Assembly (NCBI RefSeq): GCF_009834535.1
Contig: NC_045697.1
Span: forward strand, 41,914,001 to 41,978,000
Direction: 5' to 3'
Source: Camelus ferus
Taxonomy: Eukaryota
DNA: 64,000 nucleotides
Of this stretch, positions 11,459-24,164 are shown in pieces (position 1 is the first letter of the stretch; the number at the start of each line of letters is the position of its first letter). The notes under the pieces are model-generated. The model was not told the DNA's origin, did not search any database, and saw only the letters and a list, made by a program, of their open reading frames with translations. A program made the translations under genes and the position numbers.

Positions 11459-14199
11459 CATCTTTAAAGAAGCTATAGTTTTATTAATGACGGTCTTTGT
11501 TAATTTATGTCAATTAGGTTTGGCACAGAGAAGGTGAGGAAGGTGGAAGGCTGGCAGCAGGTCATCGTGTTTTCTCTCTCATCTGTCTTTTGATAACCTT
11601 CCTTTCTTCCCTTCTCATTCTCACAGGGAAAGTACCCTGTAATTTCTGGGACATGAGACAAACACTCAGAGTCAAATATTATGCTTAAATGTAATTGCAT
11701 GCTATCATTTTTATATAAAAGTAGAATCAAATTTCTTAATGATACTGGTAATTATTTGACACTGGGGTTTAGTCTTGGGACATTATTTTGAACAAATCAT
11801 TTTTTCTTAAATGCTGTTCTCTGTTCACCCATAATCATCCAACATTTCAAGTGGGAAACTGAGTTTAAGCAGAATACTGAAAGATGCATCCATGGATGTG
11901 CTCACTAGCAACGAAAATTTTACTGTGGCCACCGGCCAACTGGCTCAGTTCTCGAAAAGACAATATAAAGGCTGCGAGACATAAACAGGAACTTTGGGGG
12001 AGAAACAAAATAGCACTGTTGACCATAATACAGCCGTTACTATGGACTCGGTCTTTCCTCTCTGCAGACACCTTAAATCCATTTGTTGGTCCACTGAAGG
12101 TTGTGCTCTCCTCAAGAAAGGAAGAGCCAGCACCCAGAAGGTTAAAAACCGCTGGAAAGCCAATGTGGAAAGAGGTCACCTCTGCTGCCTACTCCTTGGG
12201 GGGTTTTCTGCTTCTGAAACTCAACGTGACATCGCACAGAGAGAATGCATAACGTGTTCCAGGCGTGTTTTTTGCTTCATCTGAAACTTCACCCCTTCCT
12301 CGTACCGTATTCACTCTTCATTTGACCCGTGCATCAGGGCTTTACTTTCTCTTCCTTTAAAAATATCCTCTTTCAGTCTACCAGTTTCCACTGGTTTCCC
12401 TTTAACTCCTTTCTCCCAGTTCTATGGTTCACCTTCTTTTGATTACAACTTGCAGCTTAGAGGAACAAACAAGAGAACTCACTCATATAAACAAAAAGCC
12501 GATAAAGACCCACATGTTCCCAGTGGGGCTCTTTTAGGTTGGGATGTAGGTGACTGCCCAGGGGTTCTGGTGAGCATGAGACTGGACGAGGAAGGCATTC
12601 GCAGCCACTCAGAGGTGTCAGCACGTGGTGAGAGTAAAGAGCAGCCATCCCCGGGCGTGGAGAAGGAGCTCTGGGACTGTCTTGGCTGCACTGATAAGAT
12701 CCGGGTGCACAATTCTTTAACTCTGATAAAGCAGGGAATAACAAGAAAGATCAAATTTGGAAGAACCCCAGCTATTTCCAAGCTGCTGTGGATATGAAGC
12801 ACTACGGGGGAGGTGACGGCAGCTTCTCCACCACCAGGAAAACAGGAGAACTAATCCGTCCTAAAGTAATCTGGCTAATGTTTTCCTCATTACCATGTCT
12901 TCATTTTTCCTGTTGTCAGTGCAATGCCTACAGAGATCTCATTACTGTTGTTTTCCATATTTTTGTTTTAAATTATTGATAAGCTGTTAGTAATACTGCT
13001 CCATGGCTGAAAACAGGCAGAGGCAAGGAGCTAAGAAATATATTTTAGAGAGCAACTGGAACACAACAAATACACATCTGTCAAATTTGGAAAGCAGAAA
13101 AGGTACATAAGATACAGCTGGACTGTTCAATTTGTGAACCACGTGGGGCAAGTCAGATCTCTTCTGAGTACAATTTGTAAAAGTCACTAATGCGATGGGC
13201 CTTGAACTCTTCCAAGTTCTGTCCTTCTTGGCTTCGGGGCTTTCTGTTCTTTCTGCCTCTCATTATGATACCAATTATAGTCCAAACAACATCATATGGC
13301 AATGATTTAATTGGCTTCAAATCTTGCTCCAAAGGTAAGTATCATGGGCGTTTTAGTCCTATTCTCTGCTTTTCCTGTTTGGAAGCAGATTACTCAAATA
13401 GCAGAAAGAAAATGTCATTTCTGGTGCCATGTGGGAAGTTCAATGCTACAGTTAAAGAAAAATTCAAACAGGAAATTCTAACTTTCTCAGACCTGCCTGT
13501 AAGTCTCCATTGCACTCTAAAAGAATGGCATTTCATATGACTGAAACCTTTCCTAATAAAAAGTATAAAAGCAAAGCTCAGGTTAGCCAGCACATTGTGA
13601 CGGCTGAACACTGTTCTAGCAGCGTTACTCAATAGTAAAATGATGCAATCCTGAACCACTTCCATTTGACTTGACTTCAGTTATCCCAAAGTTTAAACTG
13701 TGTTTATTTTTATTTGGGGTTAAAATCAGATGTCTCCTCATTGAAATAACCTTGTGATACTTAATTTAACAAACTCATTGACTTAAACATGGTAACATGT
13801 AATTCGGTAAACCCAGACCAGAGGAAATAAGGAAGAAAAGCTTGTCTTCATTTTGCTACGTGAAGCCCCGTCTATCTGTAACACTTCAGAGCATTCAGTC
13901 AACAAGACACATTTTCCTCTTGTCTTTACTTCCACATTGTCTCCCTCTCTGAGTCAACTGCTGAACTTTGAAAATGGAGTTGGATTGTCTTTGGTCACAT
14001 CCCAACTGAACCACAGTTGCAAGACACACAGTTTTTGAAGACAAAACTCTTTCATTCCAAGAATTGATAAAGTACAGGTTAACCACCAACTTCTCCCCTG
14101 TCTTGTTTATTTCCTCCTTCCATTCCCTCTGCCACTGCTCCACTTCACAGACTCACTTCCTCAGATCTGGACAGTTTCTTCTACTTCCTAACAAGTCTT

Positions 14200-14590
14200 T
14201 GCCCCAGCCCTGCAGAACGAGAAGCTGCCCTCAAGAGTAATTCTGATCACGTAGCAGGTGCAGACACCTGCCAAAGTGACCACAGAATACATTTCAAACT
14301 TCTTAGCACTCTGCATACAGCCTTCATGCCAATGTCACAGTCATCAATCTCTCTTCGCTTGCTAAGCGGGTATCGATTAATTATTCTGTTCCTTTTTGCT
14401 AGAATTTTATTCCCACTGCTTCCCTTGCAAAAATCCTACCTCTATTTTGAGAACCCGGTCAAATGCCATTTTCCCCATTAAATCTTCCCTGATTCTTCTG
14501 GCAGAAAATAAACTCCCCCTTTTTTATGTTTCCCTGACATTTGGTTATAATTTTCTGTTATAGTCCTTATTAAATTCTTCCTCCTAAAAT
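14200..14590 (+). mobile_element. L2 LINE fragment
   Basis: aatcctacctctattttgagaacccggtcaaatgccattttccccattaaatcttccctgatt is a typical L2 3' region. Confidence 0.6.
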
Positions 14591-15774
14591 TATTAGCGTC
14601 TAAGAATCAAATCACCCTGTGTGATTCTAATGCAAAGGGTCCCCAGATGACACAGAGAGAGAAAATGAGATTGGGATTAATATTTTCCCAGTGATATTCA
14701 AGGTAAAAGCAAAATTCTACAATGGTATATTATATTCATCCTCAATGAACACCTAATCATGAAATTTGGGGATGAAAGTGCATTTCTGTTAATTAAGAAC
14801 TAAGTTGTATAGCTCATGCCATTCAATGGAATACACTGGAAGGAATATGGTAACAATAAAAAGGATAATAAAAATAATTTTTTATGGTCAAATCTCACTA
14901 GCAAGATTATAGAACCTTCTGTACCTTAATCCTCTCCTTTGCTTGGAAGGGTCCTGGGCAGCTCATGCATCTTGTCCCTTGACAGCCTTTAATGTTCTCT
15001 TCCACAGGCTGTGGTCTCTGCGTTTCATGCTCACTGTATGGAGCACAATGGTTCAAACCATTTTTCTCTTTCGTCTCCCCCTTGTCCTTGCCACCTTCCA
15101 CAAAGTTAGTTGTTCCTCCTCATGACATGCGAAAAAGTTATTCCCCTGTCAATCTGCTCACTTCCCTCCATCTAACCGAAGACAGAGGGGCTGGGGCCCC
15201 GTCTCCCAGCACAAAACTGCAAAACAGGATGCCCACACCCCTTTCCCAAATTTCCTTAGGGGACTGCAGTAGAAGATAGTGCGAGTGGCATTCCTTCCTG
15301 CAGACACACCACCTGGCCGGAGCTGGAGGACTTGGCTTGTTTTCAAATGGAGGGGAATCCCTTGTCCCCGTGTCACCCAGTTTATTGGCGAGATCCAGTC
15401 ATTCTCTGTCATTTCTCGCTCCTGGACCTTAGGCCTTCTCCCCCAGCATCTCCCCAACTGCGGCTTGATTCCTCGCTTGCACACAGAGAATAGTCCTTTC
15501 GGGACCCACACTCCCAGAGACGCATGGCTGTCTCCAGGAAGTGTAGCTGATGAAGCCTTGGAAGTGACAGACTTCTTGCATGAAAATAGCTGGTTATATT
15601 TGTCTTTTATTTAGGTATTTAGGAAACAAAAACATTCACATGAATACATCATTGAAGCCACTACATTTTATAATGGAAGTAGCAGTGAATACACCTTTAA
15701 AAACTGCTAGGCTTTTTTTCAAAGCATGTAATACAGTCTAGCAAGTGCCTAAAGAATTGGTTCCACTGACCCCC

Positions 15775-15793
15775 TGCTGCCCTCTAGTGAGTG
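15775..15793 (-). promoter_or_regulatory. Candidate CTCF binding site
   Basis: Minus strand cacTCACTAGAGGGCAGCA is one mismatch from the CCACTAGAGGGCAGCA form of the CTCF core and lies in apparently unique sequence. Confidence 0.55.
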
Positions 15794-17489
15794 TCTGGTA
15801 TATCCCCCTAGGTTTCTGGTCAGGACGAAAGTAGACCGGGGAGAAAGAAGGAGGCAGTCTGATCCAAATGCGTTATAACTGATTCATTCTAGGCTCAGAG
15901 AGGTCATCTGACCTCAGAGAAGAGCACGATTCCAGGAACCTTCAGACAACTGTGCTGCTCTGGTCAGAAGACAAACAAACAAGAACGCACACAAGAATAA
16001 CTTTGGAACATAGTTAAGATGACTCAGGGCCCCAGTAATAGTCTGCAATGAATGTGTTCCTGCATCATTGCTATAGAATTAGAGTCAGTGAAGCCCCGCA
16101 GGGATTCCTCCTGTTCCAACCTTAACTCAAAACCCCATGGTCAGCAAGGGGCTTTGGAATTATATTGCTGTTCAGTAAACAGGTCTTGAGTCCCGGAGGT
16201 CAACAAAATTTAGCCAGTTGCAGGAAATAAAATGGGCTTGGCACTGTCTTAGGTGTGGGGCTTTCTGAGGCTTTTCCTCTCTAAACAGTATGAAGACTTT
16301 CTTTACTCAAAAGTTATTTAAGTAATTGAAAAGTTGGAAGTCACTGAAAAAAGAAAAAATACTAAGAAAAGAGCTTGTTCAGTATCAAGAAATATTTGTT
16401 CAAGACCCACCTCCCCCTTTTTTTTACTGTGAAACTCTGATTCTTATAATTTTTTAAAATGAGTAACTAGGTTCTATAAGTTCTTTTCTAACAAAAATAA
16501 GTGAATACTAGTTACTAATATCCTACAATTATATTATAACAAAAAAGTGTTAAGACTGGAATTTCAACATTTGAAGTCAGATATAAAATGTTAAGGCTTC
16601 TAATTTTTAGAAGGTAAGTTAGGTGTGGGTCGTAATGTCCAGGTCCTTAAAATGCATCTTTTTGATTAAATGTAAACAATAGCTTAAATACTTGGAATCA
16701 TATGTATATTTATGGGACTTTTAGTTTAATCAGTTCATTTATTAACTATTATAAAGAATTTAATGGGTATGGATATAGTGTATGGTCTGTTGGCTATTAT
16801 AATCTCAAACATTATTGCATTTCTTTGCATCTTATCTTTTGCTAAAAGGGGCGGTGGACAATACTCAACTCAGTATGACCACTCATAACTGATATAAAAT
16901 ATTGGAAGCTTCCTGGAGCACTAAGTTTTTCCTCCATAGATCAGTAGCTGAAGGAATGGTGACCTGGGAAAGAATCTGTTTACTTTCCAATAAAATTAAG
17001 GAGAATACATGCTGTTCAATCGTCGAAGAATTCAGAGTTACAAAACCAGTGTGTTGGTTTTATTATTTCATGTGTTATTAACACTCAGTACCATACAAGC
17101 TTTGACGTGTCTGCATTCTGACTCTGACATCAGATACACATAGAAATATAAAGCCCTGAGATAAGGAATAGACTTCTCCACGGGACACTTTCCCTTACTA
17201 AGTTCAAAAATTTTTACCAGGTAAGCAAGATGGTTCACATAAAGGGAGAATTTTCTCCATAAGTATGTTGAGATGGTAAACAAAAAAAAAGTTATATTAT
17301 ATGATTCATGAAAAAATGCAAAATAAACAGCTTCACAGAAAATTGCAGAGGGGGAATCACCTCCCTTCATTCATTTGTTCAGGACTTAATATAGTGCTTA
17401 TAACTCAAAGACACAATCTTTGTCCTCAAAAAGCTTACAGAACTTAAAACAGAGGCAATCCATACCAAAGACTTTCTGTTAGATCTGTA

Positions 17490-17695
17490 CAACTACAAAG
17501 CTCCTTCACATGCATCATCTAATCTGATTCTAGGAACAACCATGGGAGGCGGACAGTACAGGAATAATGACCCCAATTTTACAGACTTGTAAACAGGAAC
17601 CAAAAAATTAAGTGAGTTGCTCAGTGTCACAGTATTCACAAATGCTTGAGCCAGGACTAAACACAGTTCTTCTAAGTTCACTACCCTTTCCCATA
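17490..17695 (-). mobile_element. MIR SINE
   Basis: tcatctaatctgattctaggaacaaccatgggagg...ccccaattttacagacttgtaaac...ttaagtgagttgctcagtgtcacag. Confidence 0.75.
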
Positions 17696-18944
17696 TTTCC
17701 TGGCTGCTTACAGTATTTGGGAGACTTTACAGCCTCTTACCAATGGTTCTTCCTTATCTTATACATTTTCAAGAGTCCAACCTAGACATTACTTGCTCAC
17801 AAGAACTTAAACTTCAGTGCCTATCCAACCATGTAGTATTAAATTCTTCATGAATTCACACAATTTTAAGTGGGACCTTCAAAGCTGTGTTGCCTACCAC
17901 ACATCTTTCTCTCTCAGAGGACTATTTCGGTTGGAGCATTTCTAGGGAATATGATGAGAACGTAAGTATCATGGAAGTTATACTAATAAGAATAATACAT
18001 AGGAAAAATCTGCTGTGTGCTGTCAATGGAAGTCGTAATTTGAAAATTAAAGTTAAGTGAAAGATAATGCTTAATAAGAAAGATATCAATAAACAGGCAC
18101 ATTTCTAGGAAAACTCCTGTTTATTCAGAAGAATGATCTGAAAATAAGCCAGAGAAGGAACATTTCTCTTTTCAAAACCAATTTACCACGCAAGTATTTG
18201 AGGAAGCCATCAGCTAGCATCTAAAGCTTATATATGGGGCCCACACATTGCTCCATTCTAAACACTATTCTGAAACATGTGCAGATTCAAAGTCCAGGAT
18301 AAAATCCTGGCATTAAGAGAAAGATTTCTTAGCAACTGAAGCAAAGGTAGGTCTTATTACGGTCTGGTGTGTGCCACGGTGCTTTGAAACAAAGGTCCCA
18401 CAAAGTGACTGCCTTACAATCTGAGAGCTGTAAGTAGATATTTGAGTCCCCTCCCCTTTCTAGGTTTAAGCCCTATGTAAAGTGGTGACATTTCTGGTGA
18501 TGCCAAATCCACTATGCCAATGAGCCAGAGTAGGAAGAAGAAAAAAAAAACTTACAATTATCAGAGCAGATTCCTACAATTGGGACATCTCTATATAAGT
18601 CAAATCTGTGCTCTTCATTCCATAAGGGGCTTTGTAATCAGTGTAACAAAAAGACATGTTCTTTCTCTTCTTCAACACCAGTGACAAGGAGGTGTCAGAA
18701 GATACCTTATCTGCTCATTCTCTTATCCTCTTATACCTATTAAAAACTTTTCTCATTAAACATCAACCAGATAACTGAAAAAAGTTGTTCCTATTCCTGA
18801 AAAGAATATTTTAATCAATGCTGCCAAAATTTGCATCGCCTTATTCCTGGCAATACAAATCCTCTATGGTCCCAAAATTCAGGCAGTGTTTATAGACAAG
18901 TGTCTCTAGCAGCGGATCAATACAGAAATTCACGAATCCAAGTG

Positions 18945-19165
18945 AACATTTATTCAGGGCTTCCTTGTGCCATGCAAGGTGTCAGGCACCTCACATATGT
19001 TTTCCTAGGTAATACATGAAAAACACAGGTCAGTAATTTTAATGAGTTATTCACACCATTTTACAGAAGATGAAACTGATGCTCAGAAAAGTGAAGCAGT
19101 TTGCTCACAGAGTACAGATACAGAATGCCAATCTCAGGTTTGCAGCTCTGGTCTGTCTCTTTCCA
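18945..19165 (-). mobile_element. MIR SINE
   Basis: ccattttacagaagatgaaactgatgctcagaaaagtgaagcagtttgctca core. Confidence 0.75.
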
Positions 19166-19924
19166 GCTCCCAGGAAAATCCCTCCATGATGCCAAAACAT
19201 AAGCTCAGTGTCTCCCTTTCCTCATCTATTAAAAAAAAAAAAAAAGGATGGACCTTCATATTTAATACCAAGTGATTAACACTGAATAAGAGCTAAGTCA
19301 GAGCCTGGAACAGTGTCTGAGTTTCTTGAGTTAACAAAGAGGAGAACCATAAAGGCAGTTCAGCATGTGACACTGAAGCAGAAATACGATGTGCTTCGCG
19401 GGGCTGCAGTTGAGGATGGCTGTGCAATAATTCGCTCTGAGAGAAGACTGTCAAACAGGACTGATGCTTCCTGGTGGGCACAGAGTGTTTTGCAAGTATT
19501 GGATAGTAATACTGGGAAAGCTGTTTTTATCCACGGAGCTCCCCGGTAACTGCACACAGAGGCTGGGCTTCAGTTAGGATTTACCCATACCCTGTGGTGC
19601 CAGATTTTGAGGGCACTGCCCAGGCACTGCCCTGTAGGATGGCAGTGAGCATCTATCTGATGACCAAGGTGGCTCAGCGCCCACCTCTGGGGCAGAAATG
19701 GTTTCTGAATGCATGTTAGTGCTTATATGCCTCTGTGGCCCAGAGAGGCCTCAGCTTCCCTGCCCTATCCCTGTGGTTTGGAGATTCAGAGCATAGAAGT
19801 GAAGGAGGGAGGGAAAAAAAGGAAGGAGAGAAGAGGGAGGGGATGGAGGAAGGAAGATCTGGATTTATTAAGCAAGAATTTAGGATCAAACACTGTGCTC
19901 GGCAGCACTGTAGGAATTACTTCA

Positions 19925-20040
19925 TTTTTTTTAATTGAAGTATATTTGACTTACAATGTTGTCTCAGTTTCTGGTGTACAGCATAGTGGCTCAGAAAAAA
20001 AATATATATATATATTCTTTTTTATATTCTTTTATTTTTA
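19925..20040 (-). mobile_element. Short L1 3'-end fragment
   Basis: tttttttaattgaagtatatttgacttacaatgttgt..cagtttctggtgtacagcatagtg. Confidence 0.8.
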
Positions 20041-20548
20041 ACATAAATATTATGTTTTCTTTACTGGGATCAAGCTAGAAAGGTTCATGATTTACTAAAT
20101 GTCATTCTAGAGCCAGCCTAGAGTCCTGGTCCATATTTTCACCTATCCTCTCTTCAGCTACGTGATTTTTACAATACAGGACTCTGCCTCTGGCCTGAGA
20201 GGGAATGGAAAGGCAGCCTCCTGGGAACATTCCTGAATGGAAGCTGGGTCTAGTTAATAGGAAACTATGATTCTGTGTGGATAACAATCCATATAGTTTT
20301 CTCACTTCATCCAATTGAGCTTAGCATCCAAGACATTTCCTCTCTGTTTCAACAGCTGTTAGAAATTAAAAACAAACAAAGTTGGGTTGAGAGCCTTGGG
20401 GAGGAATTTTATAATTAGATTCAATCACATACAATTGCCAGTATTTGACTTTTACTTATAGACCCCAGAATTCATTTGGTTAACCTAATACATACATTTT
20501 AATACATATACTCATAAACATTTGAGATAGCTAGTATGCCAAGACATA

Positions 20549-20899
20549 CACACACACATACAGAGAGAGAGCTGATTTGCAATATTGTGTTAGTTTCAGG
20601 TGTACAACAAAGTGATTCGGTTATATATATATTTTCAGATTACTTTCCATTATAGGTTATTACTTTTGAATATAGTTCCCCATGCTATACATTGAATCCT
20701 TGCTGCTTATCTATTTTATGTATAGCAGTTTGTATCTGTTGATCCCATACTCCTAATTTTTCCCTCCCACTCTCCCTTTCCCCTTTGATAACTAGGTATT
20801 TGTTTTCTATGTCTAACGGACCTATATTCTGTTTTGTATATAGATTCATTTGTATTATTTTTTTAGATTTCACATTTAAGTAATATCATATAATATTTA
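20549..20899 (-). mobile_element. L1 3'-end insertion with 10-bp TSD
   Basis: caatattgtgttagtttcaggtgtacaacaaagtgattc...ttttttagatttcacat. Flanked by ccaagacata at 20539-20548 and 20900-20909. Confidence 0.9.
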
Positions 20900-20909
20900 C
20901 CAAGACATA

Positions 20910-21325
20910 TTTATAAGAGACTGCAGTTTTATTTGCAATAGAAAGACTGTAACAACCTAAATATCCATTAAGAACTGGATAAAAATGTTAATTATTTTGT
21001 ATCCACACACTGAAATACTACGCAGCTATTAAAAAGAACAATGTAAATCTATGTGTACTGATATAAAGATATCTAAAATAAAGTGAAGAACACAAGATAC
21101 AGAACAAGAACAACACATCCAATAAATAAGTGATTGTGTGTATTGAATTATTTTACTTACAAATAAACACATATATATGTTATTTGCACACACATTCAAG
21201 TATATAAATCTAGGCAGGAAGATTGATGATTTGAAGTCAGTGATTTGGTGAAACACTTATTTTTATGTGTATTATTCTGTAGCATTTGAACTTTTTACTG
21301 TTCATGTAATACTTTAAACATGATT
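20910..21325 (+). mobile_element. Old L1M (L1ME-like) 3' fragment
   Basis: aacaacctaaatatccatt...atccacacactgaaatactacgcagctattaaaaagaa...atctatgtgtactgatat. Confidence 0.75.
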
Positions 21326-21689
21326 ACAAAAGGCAAGGAAAACATACTTTGAAAACCACAACAAAAGTAGGTAGAAGGGAGGAGAGTTCTTTGAGACTCC
21401 TGCCCCATAGTAGAACACGGAAGGAGAAAATCTCTGAATGGAAAAAAGGAGGAGATAGTAAGGAGGCAACTTAATTCCCTAAGCTCTAGAAAGAGGGCAA
21501 GCAAGAGCCATTTTGGGTTTAAGTACCTCTGATGGGGCAGGGTAACAAGAGCCTCTTACCTCTCCTCCTGGAACCCAAACTCTCCCTGCTGGAACCGCTC
21601 CCCCACCCCCAATCCTGGCTGTAGATAAAATGAAATTAAAGTTCTAAGTTAAAGTTTAGGCATCTCTGACCTCATCTCTCAATTAAAGA

Positions 21690-21920
21690 GACTTCCCAGT
21701 CACTCCATATCACAATCCTTTGATTTGCTTTATTTTTCTTAAAAACCGTAGCACTTATCACTACCTGATATTTATATATTAACCGATACTTTATTTCTAC
21801 ATTTGCTTGTTTTTTGTTTTCTCCTCCCAAAACCAAGATGCAGAAGAGGTGACAGTTTGGCTTATTAATACTGTGTCCCTAGTGTCTAGAATAGCGCCAG
21901 GTACTTGGATGGATGGATAC
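21690..21920 (+). mobile_element. L2 3' end
   Basis: tagcacttatcactacctgatat...ctgtgtccctagtgtctagaatagcgccagg...tggatggatgga tail. Confidence 0.8.
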
Positions 21921-22419
21921 AAGAGGGGGATCTAGCTGCGGCTGCCAAGACCCAAGAGAGAGGCTCTGAATTCACTTTTCCTCAATACTAACACTATAAA
22001 CTATGGTTAAAACTATATTTGGGGAGACCATGTTTTCAAACAACAATAAAAAGGAATGCATGTAGCTTGATAATCTGACAAGATTGTTTGAAAATAAAAG
22101 TCTTGAAAAATATTTGGTGTGTGGTTTTCATGACTCCTATAGAAATTAGTAATAATTATTAGACAACCAGGGTGTTAATTAGTTTTTTATTTGCAACTTT
22201 TTTCCTTTGGGGATGGAGTGAGATTCTCCTAAGGCCATAACAATGTTGGGTAACAGAGCTGACACAAGAGATGTTTTCTGAATTCCAAACAACAACTAAC
22301 AGGTAACTATTTAAGCGTAAAGCTTGGTAAACTGGAGACTGCTTACAGAGCAAGAATGAAAGGAATTTCTTAACGTCTCCACTTAGAAAATGGCATAAAG
22401 ACATGTTAGCTCTGCATTT

Positions 22420-22860
22420 CTGCTGCAAGTCTCTCTCTTGATGGCCATAGCTGGTTAGCCACAACTGAGCATCTCATCCATGCTGGGCTTGGGTCCTGGT
22501 CCCTGAGAATTTGGGATAAGAGCTAAGAAAAAATCACTCAGTATCTCAGTGTGACTAGAGGTGTAATAACATCTTTAGAGCTGTGGGTTGTGGCCACATT
22601 CTGCCATGTTGAAGGAGAGACAGTCTGACAAGACAGAGAAGATTAATGCAGGTATAACAGGATATACCAGGATGAGAGCAAAGAAAAGTGCTGCCTGGGG
22701 GACTTTTAAGTTAAGTGCTTTTGTTTATGCTGAAACTTAGTGGCAATTTTCCCTTCAACTCTGGAAGGTAATCCCTGAATTCTTATAAAAGTACCCCCTC
22801 CCTTTAATTCAAACTAATATGAGTTACATTCTGCTACTTAACAACTAACATCCTAAAGAA
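22420..22860 (+). mobile_element. Old MaLR LTR (MLT1J/K/L-like) remnant
   Basis: gagctgtgggttgtggccacattctgccatg..ggagagacagtctg, with a 3' end (tgagttacattctgctacttaacaactaacatcctaa) resembling old MLT1. Confidence 0.45.
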
Positions 22861-24142
22861 GGCAACAGTTGAGCCTCCAGTCTCCCCACAACCTACATAT
22901 CCTCATAAGCAAATTCATACACATACTTAACTCTGAAAATAATAATAGAAGCAAATACTTAGACAGTACTTATATGGTTACCATTTAATTTCACAAGTGA
23001 GGCACAGAGTTTTAGCAACCTGCCAAAGCTCATACAGTATGTAACAACACTGAGATTTGAAACTCATTCTGATTTTGCAATTATGCACCAGGAAATACTG
23101 CCTCTCTGCATCATATTGGGGGGATAAAACATATTTCCTCCCTCAGTCATGTTTATTTTCATGTCTTTTTTGCAAAGCTTTTATATGTTATATCACGTTT
23201 CTAAATTTCTTACTCTCTCTCATTTGCACAGCATATGTATGAGGAAAGGAGGTACGTACTGCCAATTGTTCCACAGAGTGAAAATCCTTTAAGAACTGTG
23301 AATATCATACATTCAGAGAAACAACAAAGATCATGTGACTCTTTCAGAGGATTTGAGTTCTGTAAGTGATTATCAGGCAGAGAGGCAGGGGGATGGCCCC
23401 GGTTTGCTTACTGCTAAGACAGACATCAGAGCTAAACAGACTTCAAGTCGTCCATGCAAGGCAGGTGCGTTTATAGACTTGAAGACAAGTGACTGTCTTA
23501 CAGGAGAACTGTAGAGGGCAGCATTGCTGTGTATTTTGTAAATACTGATTAAGAAACTCCACACAGCCAAACAACCCAGGCATGAATAAAAATAGACCTG
23601 CTAGGTTAAGACTCTAATTGGATTTTGTTTTTGTTTTTTTTTCATTTAATGATGCCTGGTTTATTACTCTTATTTTTAAAATCACTCACAAAATTTTAAA
23701 ACATTAGAAGTTTAACCCATCATCTGCCCAAATCCTCTTAAGTTATTCACAACATGATTTTTATTGGCTGTTTTGCATTTTTAAATGTAATCTATTTCAG
23801 ACTATTTCTATTTCTATTCAGACTAAATCTATTTCTATTGAAATTTATTCTATTTCAGACTCTAAATATAAATGATAGATGATCACTTTTTGACTATTTT
23901 AATTTCATGTTGTAGTTGGTTTGGGGTTTTTTTTGATTGTTGTTCATTTGTTTCATGCTTGGTGCTTCTCTTTGCACAACAGAAGCTGAAATAATATCCT
24001 CCAAGATTACCTCTCAAACAAGATTTTTTTAAAAACTGTCTGAAATCTTTCATACTCAAATATTTTTAAATTGCCAGTTTAAAAACATAACTAAAACCTA
24101 AATTGATGCAGAAAGATAAGAAAAGCAAAAAATGGGAGGGCT

Positions 24143-24164
24143 TATATATATATATATATATATA
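24143..24164. repeat. (TA)n microsatellite
   Basis: About 11 TA units seen directly. Confidence 0.95.

Noticed and set aside
11865..13540. Cluster of overlapping 95-122 aa ORFs, including a hydrophobic ORF at 13190 with an internal GTAAGT donor
   Set aside because: No recognisable protein similarity. ORFs are open on both strands as expected by chance in locally GC-richer DNA, and there is no coherent exon chain.
17903..17967. Plus-strand 44-nt cassette with good acceptor and GTAAGT donor
   Set aside because: It is antisense to the host gene, has no recognisable peptide and has no supported partner exons. Chance splice motifs are common over 64 kb.
19676..19692. Second CTCF-like motif (ccagaggtgggcgct on minus)
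   Set aside because: It has three mismatches in the core, including the near-invariant A.
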